From Minisyncoccota bacterium (lineage in GTDB: Bacteria; Patescibacteriota; Minisyncoccia; Phycocordibacterales; UBA9973), in the NCBI GenBank assembly GCA_021734995.1, contig JAIPHX010000002.1, positions 80,189-144,188 of the forward strand: 64,000 nt of DNA. Direction: 5' to 3'. Under the pieces are notes generated by a model. The model was not told the origin of the DNA. It saw only the letters and a list, made by a program, of their open reading frames with translations, and did no database searches. Positions 10,327 to 19,909 of the stretch are shown here, piece by piece. The position numbers were made by a program, and so were the translations under genes. The number at the start of each line of letters is the position of its first letter. Within the stretch, counting starts at the first letter, position 1.

Positions 10327-10908
10327 TCAAAGATGTGTTTCCTTTAGAGCTTTGTTGATAGTGGCCAATATTTTTGCTCGGCTAGTCGCAAGTTCAAAAA
10401 CAAATTCTGATTGTATTGGTGATTTTATTAGTTTATCATATTCTGGATCACCCCCAATATAGCCCAAATTACCTAAAATCTTCAAAACAATCATTGTTTC
10501 TATATCTCTAATCATCTTTATATCTAGATTCCTCTCTAGAACCAAAAAACCATTTATTAAATCCTCAAACAGGGTTTCATTGGTCTCTTCTCCAGAAAGC
10601 AGTCTTTTCAAGAGACTGGCTACTCTGACAAAAATAGAGAGAGCACTTTTATTGTTTTTTAAATCATCTAAAATATTTGTTTTTGAAGCACTTGTAATAC
10701 GCCAAAAATCTTTTCCTCTCACTAAATCTACTTTTATATAAGAAAAATCTTGTAAAACAAAGCGTAATTTTGAAGAAAGTTTTCGCACCCCTTGAGCAGA
10801 AGCATAGATCATTCCTAGATCCTTTGTAAATAAAACATAATACTTCCCTGTCTCACCAATATTTCGGCTATCTAGTATTAGAGCTTCAGTATGATGTATA
10901 TGATGCAT
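10327..10908 (-). CDS. recO: DNA repair protein RecO
   Basis: TEALILDSRNIGE...LFTKDLG...AQGVRKLSSKLR OB-fold N-terminus. Confidence 0.85.
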   Translation of the reverse strand: MHHIHHTEALILDSRNIGETGKYYVLFTKDLGMIYASAQGVRKLSSKLRFVLQDFSYIKVDLVRGKDFWRITSASKTNILDDLKNNKSALSIFVRVASLLKRLLSGEETNETLFEDLINGFLVLERNLDIKMIRDIETMIVLKILGNLGYIGGDPEYDKLIKSPIQSEFVFELATSRAKILATINKALKETHL

Positions 10909-10915
10909 CTAAAAA

Positions 10916-11560
10916 TTATATCACAAACTCTTTCAGCTCTTCCAGCACAGGAAGTATACTTTGGTCATTTATATCATTTGGTTTTATTTTAGAATTTTTA
11001 AAAACAATTTCTTCTATTTTTTTTCCACAAGATACTAGCTTCTGTCTTTCTTCTTGCTCTGGGTGCTGGTATCTTTTATTTGCCTCATCCATTCTTTCTT
11101 CGTAACTCAATACTCCATAAGGGCCTACTCGCAGATCAGAGTACACTAGTATTTGTATCGGCAAAGATCCACTTTCTAGATTTCTACATAGCGAAGAAAA
11201 TTCTAAAACATCAATAAAATCAATTACTTTTTTAGAAACTTCCATCTCCTCGGCAATCTTTTTATTGGCTTCGTGGTCATTTTCTCCATATTTTTGAACA
11301 AATTGCTGTTGAACATCTCGCCAAAAATCTATCCCTTCTGGATCATAAAATTCTTTTGGGAACACTGAAAAATCTGCTTTTACAATGTTTCCAAAGTCAT
11401 GTAGCAATAAAGATTTTACTATATTATCTTCATCCTCTTTTGAAAGAGGGTCTATTAAATTGGCACAAATAATCTTTGCCACAGAAGCTACCCTCAACAT
11501 ATGTAGCTCTAGATTTGGCATTATCTTGTATTTTTTATATAGGTCGGAGATTCTAGACAT
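10916..11560 (-). CDS. HD-domain protein
   Basis: H...LLHDFGN...H...YSD pattern. Confidence 0.75.
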   Translation of the reverse strand: MSRISDLYKKYKIMPNLELHMLRVASVAKIICANLIDPLSKEDEDNIVKSLLLHDFGNIVKADFSVFPKEFYDPEGIDFWRDVQQQFVQKYGENDHEANKKIAEEMEVSKKVIDFIDVLEFSSLCRNLESGSLPIQILVYSDLRVGPYGVLSYEERMDEANKRYQHPEQEERQKLVSCGKKIEEIVFKNSKIKPNDINDQSILPVLEELKEFVI

Positions 11561-11574
11561 ATGGGTTTGCTATT

Positions 11575-12477
11575 TTATTTATTAAATTTATTCAAAAAAT
11601 CTTCTCTAGTAATATATCCATAAGAGGAATGGATTTGAAACTTTCCCGTTTCAATTAATTTACGAGCTTCATTTTCTCTAAAGTTGCCATTTTTATCGGT
11701 AAACTGTCCCCAAACATCATCTGAGTCAGAAGAACTTTTCTCTTTAAAAATCTTAAAACCAAGATTGCGACACAAAGGAGTAGACAAAAGCCAAGAACAA
11801 CCAATGATATATTTTATATTTTTATAATCTTTTTCTTTTTGAATCATTTTTGCTATATCTTGGAAAGCTTTATCAATACTAGCGAAAGGATTTTCATTTC
11901 TAAATGGATTTTTCCAAAAAGCTTCAAAATGGATAGAAATTCCTTCATCACCATCTTTTATATCCAAACCAGAGCCCTCAAAAAAAGACTGCAATTTTTT
12001 TTCTTTTACTGCATTTACAATTCCAAAACCTCTCATTTCTTTACCTTCTTCTACTATGCTTTGTGGAAGGTGTCTAAAGAATAAGTTACCTCTACCACTA
12101 TTGTATTTTCCAGCTTTTTTTCTTTCCTCTGTATAAAAATTATACAACTCCTCTTTCCAAGAGTTTGGGTTTTGGGCATATAAATCATTTATTTTATTAA
12201 TAGCAATAGATCTAAAGTCTTTTTCTTGGGCTAATTTATAAGATTCTCTCCCTTGATTGAATTCAATCATAGATCTACAACGAGATAAATCGTTTACAAT
12301 ATAAGTATTTTTTGCAAAAAGCTCACCAATAGATATTTCTTTTAGAGGCATTTCTCTTTTTATTAAAGAATCCACATAATCTATTTGCAGTTTTAACACA
12401 TTTTCCAATAAAATATTTTCTTTGTCGCCAACCAATTTTTTTTCAGCAAAAAAACCAAAATGATCTAAGGGGCTCAT
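11575..12477 (-). CDS. Hypothetical protein
   Basis: 300-aa ORF in series with neighbours. Confidence 0.7.
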   Translation of the reverse strand: MSPLDHFGFFAEKKLVGDKENILLENVLKLQIDYVDSLIKREMPLKEISIGELFAKNTYIVNDLSRCRSMIEFNQGRESYKLAQEKDFRSIAINKINDLYAQNPNSWKEELYNFYTEERKKAGKYNSGRGNLFFRHLPQSIVEEGKEMRGFGIVNAVKEKKLQSFFEGSGLDIKDGDEGISIHFEAFWKNPFRNENPFASIDKAFQDIAKMIQKEKDYKNIKYIIGCSWLLSTPLCRNLGFKIFKEKSSSDSDDVWGQFTDKNGNFRENEARKLIETGKFQIHSSYGYITREDFLNKFNK

Positions 12478-12484
12478 AATTTAT

Positions 12485-15400
12485 CTAAATTTTATTTATT
12501 TCTATTTTAAAGACCATTTCTCCTACAGATATTTGTTCTCCATTATTTTCTGCAAAAGATAATTCTTTTGCTCCTGCTGTCTTTTGTAAATCTTCTTGAA
12601 ATAACTTTATAAGCTCCATTCCTTGAGGATCTGTCTGGACCTTTATAGCCACAACATCACTCGGCACAAGATTTATTTTCTTTCGAAGATCCTGTACTGC
12701 TCTCAAAAACTCTCTATAGTCTCCTTCTTTTTTTAACTCACTGGTAATTTTAGTATCCAAAAAGAAAGACTCTGTTTGATTTAAATCCACTAAAATATCT
12801 TTTATATTTAATTCATCTTTTATTAATTCATTGTATTCTTCAGAAAGAGTATAATTTTTCAACACAATCTTACTCAAAGGCTGACGCACTTTTATCCCTG
12901 CCTTTTGTCTTGCCTCAAAACCAAGAGAGACAGTATCGCGGACGGTATCCATATTGGCCAATACCTTTTCTCTTTCTTTCCCTACTCCAAAAAAATTAAA
13001 GAATCGTGTCATCCACTCTCCATCAACTCTTGGCCATTCAGTCAAATGAATACTTTCTGGTTCATTTTCATTTTTTAGAGAAAGCCATATTGACTCAGCA
13101 GAAAATGGAGCAAACGGAGCCAATATCTTTGCAAAATTTTTCAAAACAAAATACAAAGTTTGTTTTGCTTCCAACTCTCCATCTTTAATACGTTCTCTAG
13201 AGCGACGCAAATACCAAGTAGATAATTCATCTACAAAATTTTCAAAGGGTTTGATAGCTTTATTCATATCATATTCTTCCATCCCGCTTGTCACTTCTTT
13301 TATACATTTTCTCAATCGTTCTACAATCCAAATATCTAAAACATTTTTAGAATCTCCACACAAAGCTTCTCCATTTAAATCTGCAAAGGTTTTTTCTAAA
13401 TCCCTATCACGGTACAACTCATAAAAAGCTAAAACATTAAAAAGTCTCCCCACAATCTTGCTAGATATATCTTGCACTGCTTTTTCAGAAAAATCAGCAT
13501 CTTCTCCTTTCATTAAAGGACCAGCCAAAAGATACATACGCAATGCGTCTACCCCATATCTATCAAACAAAATCCAAGGATCTTCAAAATTACCTTTAGA
13601 TTTAGACATTTTTTGTCCATCTTCTGCTCTTACTGTCCCTGTTGTCACAACATATTTAAATGGTGCATGATCAAATAAAATAGAAGATACTACGTGAGTA
13701 TAATAAAACCAAGTACGGGTCTGAGCGATGTATTCAGCCACAAAACCTGCCGGAAAATTATTTTTCTTCCAATCTTTATTGGAAAATGGAAAATGATCTT
13801 GAGCAAAAGGCATAGAGCTGGATTCAAACCAGCAATCAATCACCTCTGTGATCCTTTGCATTTCCGCTCCACAGTCACATATAAGAGTAATATTATCTAT
13901 ATATGGTCTATGCAAATCCAACTCTCGAGCTTTATTGTGTGGCAGTGGAACAAAATCAAGCGCTCGTATTTCTGCATTATTAAAATAATCAAAACTTTCA
14001 GATTGCATATTGAACTTTTCTTGTTCAAAACCACCTGCAATCATATACATTGCTTGGACAGTATCTCCATGAGAAACAAATACAATATTTTCATTTTTGT
14101 ATTTGTCTTCAAAGTCATATAGAAAATCCCCCACCCTTTCAAAAAGTTCTTTTTGAGATTCTCCTCCCTCTGGATCTGCCAAAAATCTATCTTTTTGATC
14201 TTTGAAAAACTGATGATAATACTCAATGGATTTTCCTTCAAAAATACCCATATCAATCTCTCTGAGTCTTGGTTCAAAAATAATATTTTCTTTTTTAAAT
14301 CCAATAGTATCAGCTAAAATCTCTGCTGTCTCTCTAGCCCTTGGTAAATCAGAAGATACAATCATTGTAATCTTTTTGTCTTTCAAAATCGGGGCAGAAT
14401 TTTTAACTTGCTCTTTCCCTTTTTCCGTAAGAAAATTTTTAAAATGTGGGTCAGAATCAACATAAAACTTTTGATTACTATCTGCCTGCCCATGACGCAT
14501 TACAAAATATTTATTACCAGACTTTTTCCCTTTCTTTTTTAAATCTTCTAAAGAAGAGACGAAGTGTTGTTTTTCACATTTGGTGCATTTCCATACTGGT
14601 AGTGGAGAAGCAAAATATCTATTGCGGGAAATGTTCCAATCGGGAGCATTGTCTACAATATTTTTAAATCTTCCATCTTTTAAATGAGCTGGAACCCAAG
14701 ACATGTATTTTGCGTTTTTAATAATACTGTCTTTTGTTTTATTGATATTGATAAACCAAGAAGGGAGAGCGTAGTAAATAATAGGAGTATCGCAACGCAT
14801 ACAGTGAGGATAAGAGTGATTTATCTTTTCTTTGGCAAAAAGCTTGTTGTTGTGAGCTAGATATTTAACAATCTCAACATCTGTCACTTGGTGACCGTCT
14901 TTTTCTACAGCTTTTGGCTTTACAAACATCCCTGCAAAATCCAAAACTTCTTTTTTAAATTTACCAGTCTCATCTACATGCAAAATCCATGGTATTTTAT
15001 TTGCTCTAGCCAAATCCATATCTTCTTCTCCAAAAGCTGGAGCTTGGTGAGCAATGGCTGTTCCTTTGTCAGTAGTCACAAAATCAGCATGCCAAATCTG
15101 CCAAATATTTGGTTCATTTTTCATAGATTCTTCGTAATATGAAAACACAGGAGTATATTTTTTACCAATCAAATCAGCTCCTTTCAGCTCTCCTAGCTTT
15201 TCGTATTTGTTTTGTTCATTTTTAGAATTATTTTCAGTATTACTTGCAGAAGCATTGGATTGTAGTATTTTTTCAAAATATTCTTTTGAAACTATATACA
15301 CATCCTCTTCCCCGTTTTTACGGAACTTTATATAATCAAAATCTTTATTTACCACGATAGCAGTATTGCCTGGAAGGGTCCAAGGAGTAGTTGTCCATAC

Positions 15401-16087
15401 TATAAGGTATGTATTTTTTTCTTCCTTAAGGGCAAATTTTGCATAGACAGAAATATCAGCTATGTCTTTATAACTATTGTCCATCGCAATCTCAGAGTTG
15501 GCAATCGGGGTCTCACATCTAGCACAATACGCCAATACTCTTGTTCCTTCATAAATCAAATCTTTTTTATTCATTTCAGACAAAGCCCACCAGACAGATT
15601 CCATAAAAGAATTGTCCATAGTCTTGTATCCTCCATCAAAGTCTACCCACCTACCAATACGTTCTACTGATTTTTTCCATTCAGAAGCATAAGTAAGTAC
15701 TTTACTTTTTGCATACTCTGTAAATTTATCTATCCCAAGCTTCTCTATCTCTTGATGCCCTGCAATACCTAGATCCTTTTCAACAATATTTTCTATAGGC
15801 AAACCATGACAATCCCATCCCCATTTTCTAGGAACATAATATCCTTGCATGGTCTTGTATCTACCAATGGTATCCTTAACTGTACTACCCAAAATATGAC
15901 CATAATGCATAAGCCCTGTAGCAAAAGGAGGACCATCATAAAATACATAATGTCCTTTTGGAGACTCTTTTTTTAGACTTTTTTCAAAAGTATTATTTTC
16001 ACGCCAAAACTCTAAGATCTTTTCTTCTCTTTCCGCATTTTCAGATTTTATATTTTCCTTTTGAACTTCTTTGTTTTCTTCTGTCAT
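12485..16087 (-). CDS. ileS: Isoleucine--tRNA ligase (IleRS2 type) with inserted histidine-phosphatase domain
   Basis: DGPPFATG, HYGH, GWDCHGLP, WTTTPWTLP, QTRTWFY, KMSKS; internal RHG...RARET...SHG domain. Confidence 0.96.
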   Translation of the reverse strand: MTEENKEVQKENIKSENAEREEKILEFWRENNTFEKSLKKESPKGHYVFYDGPPFATGLMHYGHILGSTVKDTIGRYKTMQGYYVPRKWGWDCHGLPIENIVEKDLGIAGHQEIEKLGIDKFTEYAKSKVLTYASEWKKSVERIGRWVDFDGGYKTMDNSFMESVWWALSEMNKKDLIYEGTRVLAYCARCETPIANSEIAMDNSYKDIADISVYAKFALKEEKNTYLIVWTTTPWTLPGNTAIVVNKDFDYIKFRKNGEEDVYIVSKEYFEKILQSNASASNTENNSKNEQNKYEKLGELKGADLIGKKYTPVFSYYEESMKNEPNIWQIWHADFVTTDKGTAIAHQAPAFGEEDMDLARANKIPWILHVDETGKFKKEVLDFAGMFVKPKAVEKDGHQVTDVEIVKYLAHNNKLFAKEKINHSYPHCMRCDTPIIYYALPSWFININKTKDSIIKNAKYMSWVPAHLKDGRFKNIVDNAPDWNISRNRYFASPLPVWKCTKCEKQHFVSSLEDLKKKGKKSGNKYFVMRHGQADSNQKFYVDSDPHFKNFLTEKGKEQVKNSAPILKDKKITMIVSSDLPRARETAEILADTIGFKKENIIFEPRLREIDMGIFEGKSIEYYHQFFKDQKDRFLADPEGGESQKELFERVGDFLYDFEDKYKNENIVFVSHGDTVQAMYMIAGGFEQEKFNMQSESFDYFNNAEIRALDFVPLPHNKARELDLHRPYIDNITLICDCGAEMQRITEVIDCWFESSSMPFAQDHFPFSNKDWKKNNFPAGFVAEYIAQTRTWFYYTHVVSSILFDHAPFKYVVTTGTVRAEDGQKMSKSKGNFEDPWILFDRYGVDALRMYLLAGPLMKGEDADFSEKAVQDISSKIVGRLFNVLAFYELYRDRDLEKTFADLNGEALCGDSKNVLDIWIVERLRKCIKEVTSGMEEYDMNKAIKPFENFVDELSTWYLRRSRERIKDGELEAKQTLYFVLKNFAKILAPFAPFSAESIWLSLKNENEPESIHLTEWPRVDGEWMTRFFNFFGVGKEREKVLANMDTVRDTVSLGFEARQKAGIKVRQPLSKIVLKNYTLSEEYNELIKDELNIKDILVDLNQTESFFLDTKITSELKKEGDYREFLRAVQDLRKKINLVPSDVVAIKVQTDPQGMELIKLFQEDLQKTAGAKELSFAENNGEQISVGEMVFKIEINKI

Positions 16088-16117
16088 AGAAAGGATTTTA
16101 GCATAAAAACAAAGGTT

Positions 16118-17839
16118 TTACATCTTTTCAGGGGCTTCTACACCGAGCAAATACAATCCTTTCTGCATTACAAGAGTAAAAGCTTTGACTAAATTTACTC
16201 TATATTCCGAAGTTCCTTCTTCTGTGTCTATTATTTTATTTTCAGAATAATAAACATTAAAAGCTCGTGCTACTTCAATCAAATAGCTAGCAATATGATT
16301 TGGAGCAAGCTCTTCTGCGCTTCTCTCTACCACTTCCCCAAATCTATACAAGATTCTCTCAAGTGTAGAAATTTCATTTGATAAATTCCCTTGAATCAAC
16401 TCTCCATTTACTTTACGCAACAAAGATGACGCTCTTGCAAAAGAATATTGTAAATATGGTCCAGAATCTCCATCAAAAGAAATAGATTTATCAAAATCAA
16501 AAATGATATCTCCGTTTAAAGATTGTTTTAAGACAGAATATTTTAGAGCAGATACACTTACTACAGAAGCAATCTTGTCTTTCTCTTCTTGAGACATCTC
16601 TTTGTCTTTCAAAATATCCATTATGGCGGAAAAAGAATCTTGCATTAAAGATTCCCCTGTAATCACATTTCCTTTCCTAGAAGACATTTTACCACTTGCG
16701 AGTCGCATCATTCCGTGTGTAACATGCTTCATTCTAGAAGCCCAATCAGGATACATTTGCTCTATTGCCTTTTCTACTACTTTCATATAGTCTGCTTGCT
16801 CTATCGCAGTAATAACAATGGAAAGATCTGGATTTTCTTTTTCAAACTTAGTAGTAGTCAGAGCAATTTCCTTGGTCTCATAAGTCGGCAAAAGAGCTTT
16901 GGTAATAAAGACTCTAGTGTGTAATTTTGAATCATATTTTTCAGCTTTAAAAACAATAGCTCCTTCAGATTCTTCAAAAACCTTCCCTATATTTTCACGG
17001 ACAATTTTTTCTCCTTTTGGAGCCATTTCACTTTCAAAAAAATAATAATCAAACTTAGTCCCAAGCTTTTTGTATATCTCTTCAAAAGCTTCCAAGGTGA
17101 CTTCTCTCCCCCAATCATAAATATTATTTATCTTTTCATCACTTCTCTCATAAACTTTTTTATTGATTACATCAATTTCTTTTTTAATATTTTCATCAGT
17201 GTCATATAGGTTGGAAGCATAAGAGTAACATTCACCGATGTGCTGAGCTTGTGAAGATACTGGAAGACTTTTGTCTGGCTCTCCTTTATCAAAAATTCCA
17301 TAAATAGCTTTAGCCACATGAAGTCCTACATCCCCTTGATAATTTGCTCGAATCATATTTGCTCCAGAATATTCTATAACGCGAGACAATGACTCTCCTA
17401 TAGTGTTACTCATCAAGTGTCCAACATGAAAAGGTTTAAAAGGATTTGGCTGGGTGTATTCAATCATTACTTTCTTCCCAGCAAAAAGATCATTCTTGCC
17501 GAAGTCTTTTTCTTCTAAAATATCTTGAATACTTTTATGAAAAAAATCAGGAGAAAGATAAAAATTTATAAAGCCTGCTCCTGCTGTTTTTACATCCAAA
17601 AATATTTTTTGAGTATGTTCGTTTTCTTTTATTTTTTCCTTTAAAACTTCTACTATGCTTAGAGCAAAATCTTTTGGATTTTTTTGCAAACTTTTAGCAA
17701 ACACCATAGCTACATTGGAAGAATAGTCTCCATTTGTGTGGTCTTCTGGATGTTCTATATTAAAAGAAACCTCTTCATTTACTCCCAAATCTCTAAGGGT
17801 GCTTTTAATCAAATCTTCTATTGCTCTTTTTATATTCAT
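16118..17839 (-). CDS. argS: Arginine--tRNA ligase
   Basis: GDYSSN, PNPFKPFHVGH, KMSSRKG, GDSGPYLQY. Confidence 0.97.
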   Translation of the reverse strand: MNIKRAIEDLIKSTLRDLGVNEEVSFNIEHPEDHTNGDYSSNVAMVFAKSLQKNPKDFALSIVEVLKEKIKENEHTQKIFLDVKTAGAGFINFYLSPDFFHKSIQDILEEKDFGKNDLFAGKKVMIEYTQPNPFKPFHVGHLMSNTIGESLSRVIEYSGANMIRANYQGDVGLHVAKAIYGIFDKGEPDKSLPVSSQAQHIGECYSYASNLYDTDENIKKEIDVINKKVYERSDEKINNIYDWGREVTLEAFEEIYKKLGTKFDYYFFESEMAPKGEKIVRENIGKVFEESEGAIVFKAEKYDSKLHTRVFITKALLPTYETKEIALTTTKFEKENPDLSIVITAIEQADYMKVVEKAIEQMYPDWASRMKHVTHGMMRLASGKMSSRKGNVITGESLMQDSFSAIMDILKDKEMSQEEKDKIASVVSVSALKYSVLKQSLNGDIIFDFDKSISFDGDSGPYLQYSFARASSLLRKVNGELIQGNLSNEISTLERILYRFGEVVERSAEELAPNHIASYLIEVARAFNVYYSENKIIDTEEGTSEYRVNLVKAFTLVMQKGLYLLGVEAPEKM

Positions 17840-17961
17840 ATATTTTTAATGGGAATTATTCCTCACACCTACCAACTCTTTATATTATACCTAATTTCAC
17901 TAATATTATATATTCACCCCAAAACTAGCAAGAACACTGAGCAAAAAAACAATTGGGTTAC

Positions 17962-18387
17962 TTAAAGGTGTCCCGTACTACCTTCTCTCCCATTTCCACG
18001 AGGGGTTTCACTTAAATCACTTACTTCTTGGATATCACAATGTTCAAATTTTTGTACAATCATTTGAATTATTTTTCTTCCTTTTTCTACCACCACTTCT
18101 TTATCAGATGTATTAAAAAGACAAATTATCATTTCACCCCGATACCCTGCGTCAATCACTCCTCCCATTACTTTTAATCCTAGATTAAAAGATACTCCTG
18201 ACTTGTCCCAAATAAAACCAACATATCCTTCCGGTATTTCTACTGCAATCCCAGTCTTTATATTCACTCTTTCTTTAGGAGGAAAAACAGCCTCTTCTAT
18301 CGCATAAAAATCAATCCCTGCGTCACTTGCGTGGGCTCGAGTAGGGATCTTTGCTTCAGGATGTAATTTTTTAACTTTTAAAATCAT
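17962..18387 (-). CDS. dut: dUTP diphosphatase
   Basis: AGIDF, KSG, GVIDAGYRGE, RG..GSTG motifs. Confidence 0.95.
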   Translation of the reverse strand: MILKVKKLHPEAKIPTRAHASDAGIDFYAIEEAVFPPKERVNIKTGIAVEIPEGYVGFIWDKSGVSFNLGLKVMGGVIDAGYRGEMIICLFNTSDKEVVVEKGRKIIQMIVQKFEHCDIQEVSDLSETPRGNGREGSTGHL

Positions 18388-19076
18388 ATTTTATTTTTAA
18401 TTTTAATTTTAACAAAAATCATTTCATGAATTTTTTCTGGTGGCAAAATCTCGTTTTTGTCTGCACAATCTATCCTAATCCAATTTTTTTCAAATTTAGA
18501 AAGCCATATAGCACTAGCTCTAGAATTTTTTAGAAAAACTGCATCTGCTTCATGTAGATCTTTTTTGTTACCAAGATAATTTCTTTTACTTTTTTCATTT
18601 CTTTTTTGGATAAGACGTAAAGATGTCTCTACGGGGATACTTAGATAAAAAACCATATCAGGCTTTGGAATTTTAAATACTTTATACTCCATCTCTGCTA
18701 GCCACTTCATAAACTCTGCTCTTTTTTTAGGATTTTTTATCTTTCCTCCTTGGTGAATTTGATTGGCGCTCACGTATCTATTTGCCAATACAATATATCC
18801 TTCTTTCAACCATTTTTCTAACTTTTCCTTAGACTCAAAACGGTCCGCGGCATATAGCACCGAAGCAATTTTAGGATGCACTTTTATAAAATTATAGTAT
18901 TGCTCAGAAAGACAATGCCCAATGAAGGAACCAAAAAAGTTTGAATAGTACTCTGGAAAATCAACGATTTTTACTTTGTGTCCCTCTTTTTTTAAACGTT
19001 TAAATAAAATGTTTACTTGAGTAGATTTGCCACTACCATCTGTCCCATCAAAAACAATCAATTTACCTTTTTTCAT
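18384..19076 (-). CDS. tmk: Thymidylate kinase
   Basis: FDGTDGSGKSTQ P-loop, LYAADR, NRY, PD motifs. Confidence 0.92.
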   Translation of the reverse strand: MKKGKLIVFDGTDGSGKSTQVNILFKRLKKEGHKVKIVDFPEYYSNFFGSFIGHCLSEQYYNFIKVHPKIASVLYAADRFESKEKLEKWLKEGYIVLANRYVSANQIHQGGKIKNPKKRAEFMKWLAEMEYKVFKIPKPDMVFYLSIPVETSLRLIQKRNEKSKRNYLGNKKDLHEADAVFLKNSRASAIWLSKFEKNWIRIDCADKNEILPPEKIHEMIFVKIKIKNKI

Positions 19077-19122
19077 TCTTTTAATATATCACAATTCCCC
19101 AAGTTCTTTAAGAGCCTCTTTA

Positions 19123-19131
19123 TGCTATACT
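19123..19131 (+). promoter_or_regulatory. Extended -10 promoter of cassette ORF 1 (also at 19841-19849 for ORF 2)
   Basis: TGCTATACT conserved in both copies about 60 nt upstream of ATG. Confidence 0.6.
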
Positions 19132-19191
19132 ATCCAAAAAGTCGGCAGAGTTTTTGAAAAACCTTTATTATTTAAGGTTTTTTATTTTTAA

Positions 19192-19797
19192 ATGAAGAAA
19201 AAGAAAGATACTCTGCCAAAACATATCTGGGATATTTTTTATAGATTTAAAAAAATGAAGAAAGGTGAGCTGGTTAAGAACCCAACAAAAAAGTTGCTAA
19301 CAAATCTTGTGGTTTCAGAACAAATTTGGGGCTTAAAATTCAATAAAATATATTTTACCAATAAATCTTTAAAACATTTATCAGAAAAGAAAGATTTGGG
19401 AGAAAAATTATTAAAAAACATTCACATCATCTTTAAATCTCCACATGAGACAAGAGAAGCAAAGAATATAGATAGGTTTTTTCTTATCGGAGACATAAGG
19501 GTCTCTTCAAAAAAAGTTCAGACAGTTGTCACTTTAGAAAAGTCTAAAAACGAAAGTGGCATAATAATTACAATATTCCCTACAAACAAAAAATACCTTG
19601 AGAAATTTGAGTTGGTTTGGAGGACGGCAAAGCTCACTTCTAAAAAAGAAATGTCAGTCCCTCCATACGCATATCAACAAAATGTTGACGCTGGCGGTCG
19701 AACCGATGAATTTTCCGCTCATAAACCAACTCAAAGCTCTCAAAGTACTAAATCCAGTATATCAAAACCAAAACAAAAAGGTCAAGCAACTCTTTAG
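19192..19797 (+). CDS. Putative BECR/PBECR-like ribonuclease, copy 1
   Basis: IYFTNKSLKHLSEK...IFKSPHE...RFFLI...VVTLE...IIITIFPT..KYL pattern; paralog of 19910. Confidence 0.6.
   Translation: MKKKKDTLPKHIWDIFYRFKKMKKGELVKNPTKKLLTNLVVSEQIWGLKFNKIYFTNKSLKHLSEKKDLGEKLLKNIHIIFKSPHETREAKNIDRFFLIGDIRVSSKKVQTVVTLEKSKNESGIIITIFPTNKKYLEKFELVWRTAKLTSKKEMSVPPYAYQQNVDAGGRTDEFSAHKPTQSSQSTKSSISKPKQKGQATL
19584..19750 (-). ncRNA. Predicted structured antisense sRNA, copy 1
   Basis: Promoter 19785-19756, closing stem 19598-19618/19723-19743, inner hairpins, U-tract; covariation with copy 2. Confidence 0.65.
19756..19785 (-). promoter_or_regulatory. Sigma70 promoter TTGACC-N18-(TGa)TATACT for antisense RNA 1
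   Basis: Boxes identical in both cassettes while the spacer varies. Confidence 0.7.
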
Positions 19798-19909
19798 AAT
19801 CTATCTTGCAATTCCCCCCAGTTCTTTAAGAGCATCTTTGTGCTATACTATCCAAAAAGTCGGCAGAGTTTTTGAAAAACCTTTATTATTTAAGGTTTTT
19901 TATTTTTAA

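Noticed and set aside
13950-14520. Intein in ileS
   Set aside because: No C/S start, HN end or LAGLIDADG motifs; the insert has histidine-phosphatase motifs
19700-19725. Hammerhead ribozyme (minus strand UAUGAG...GAAA)
   Set aside because: Lacks the CUGANGA core and a stem II between the motifs
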